From a virus (lineage: Duplodnaviria > Caudoviricetes), in IMG/VR virus record IMGVR_UViG_3300021959_006711, positions 1 through 24,604 of that record: a stretch of 24,604 bases of DNA; one strand, 5' to 3'. Positions 24,603 to 24,604 of this stretch are shown one piece after another. The notes under the pieces are model-generated. The model was not told the DNA's origin. It saw only the letters and a program-made list of their open reading frames with translations, and did no database searches. Within the stretch, counting starts at the first letter, position 1. Every line of letters starts with the position of its first letter. Position numbers and translations under genes: made by a program.

Positions 24603-24604
24603 TA

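Noticed and set aside
1-24604. Alternative genetic code (stop-codon reassignment seen in some large phages)
   Set aside because: Genes are intact in the standard code, and TAA, TAG and TGA all terminate well-defined genes.

Overview
AT-rich, densely coded segment of a large tailed dsDNA phage genome (T4-like/jumbo-phage style; a marine host, possibly alphaproteobacterial, is an inference). From left to right: (i) probable virion/late genes and small hypothetical ORFs (1-5045), one with a ubiquitin-like N-terminus; (ii) an accessory island with two 2OG-Fe(II) oxygenases, hemC, and a glnA-type glutamine riboswitch (6004-6046) directly upstream of a 64-aa basic peptide that resembles cyanobacterial glutamine-synthetase inactivating factors (IF7/IF17); (iii) a replication/repair module: GC-rich triple-hairpin spacer, gp41/DnaB-like helicase, stand-alone Kae1-like carbamoyltransferase domain, primase, a 188-aa 'mini-DnaE', rpiB, nth, a gp62-like protein, a possible Hint-like protein and a UvsW-like helicase; (iv) a glycosylation/nucleotide-sugar cluster (18689-24604) that also contains a SutA-like peptide. 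Two promoter classes are visible: near-consensus sigma70 promoters, several placed to give leaderless mRNAs, and TAAATA late-type motifs. No tRNA, rRNA, CRISPR array or IS element was seen. All family assignments come from motif recognition by eye, and reference sequences are recalled from memory; no database search was run.
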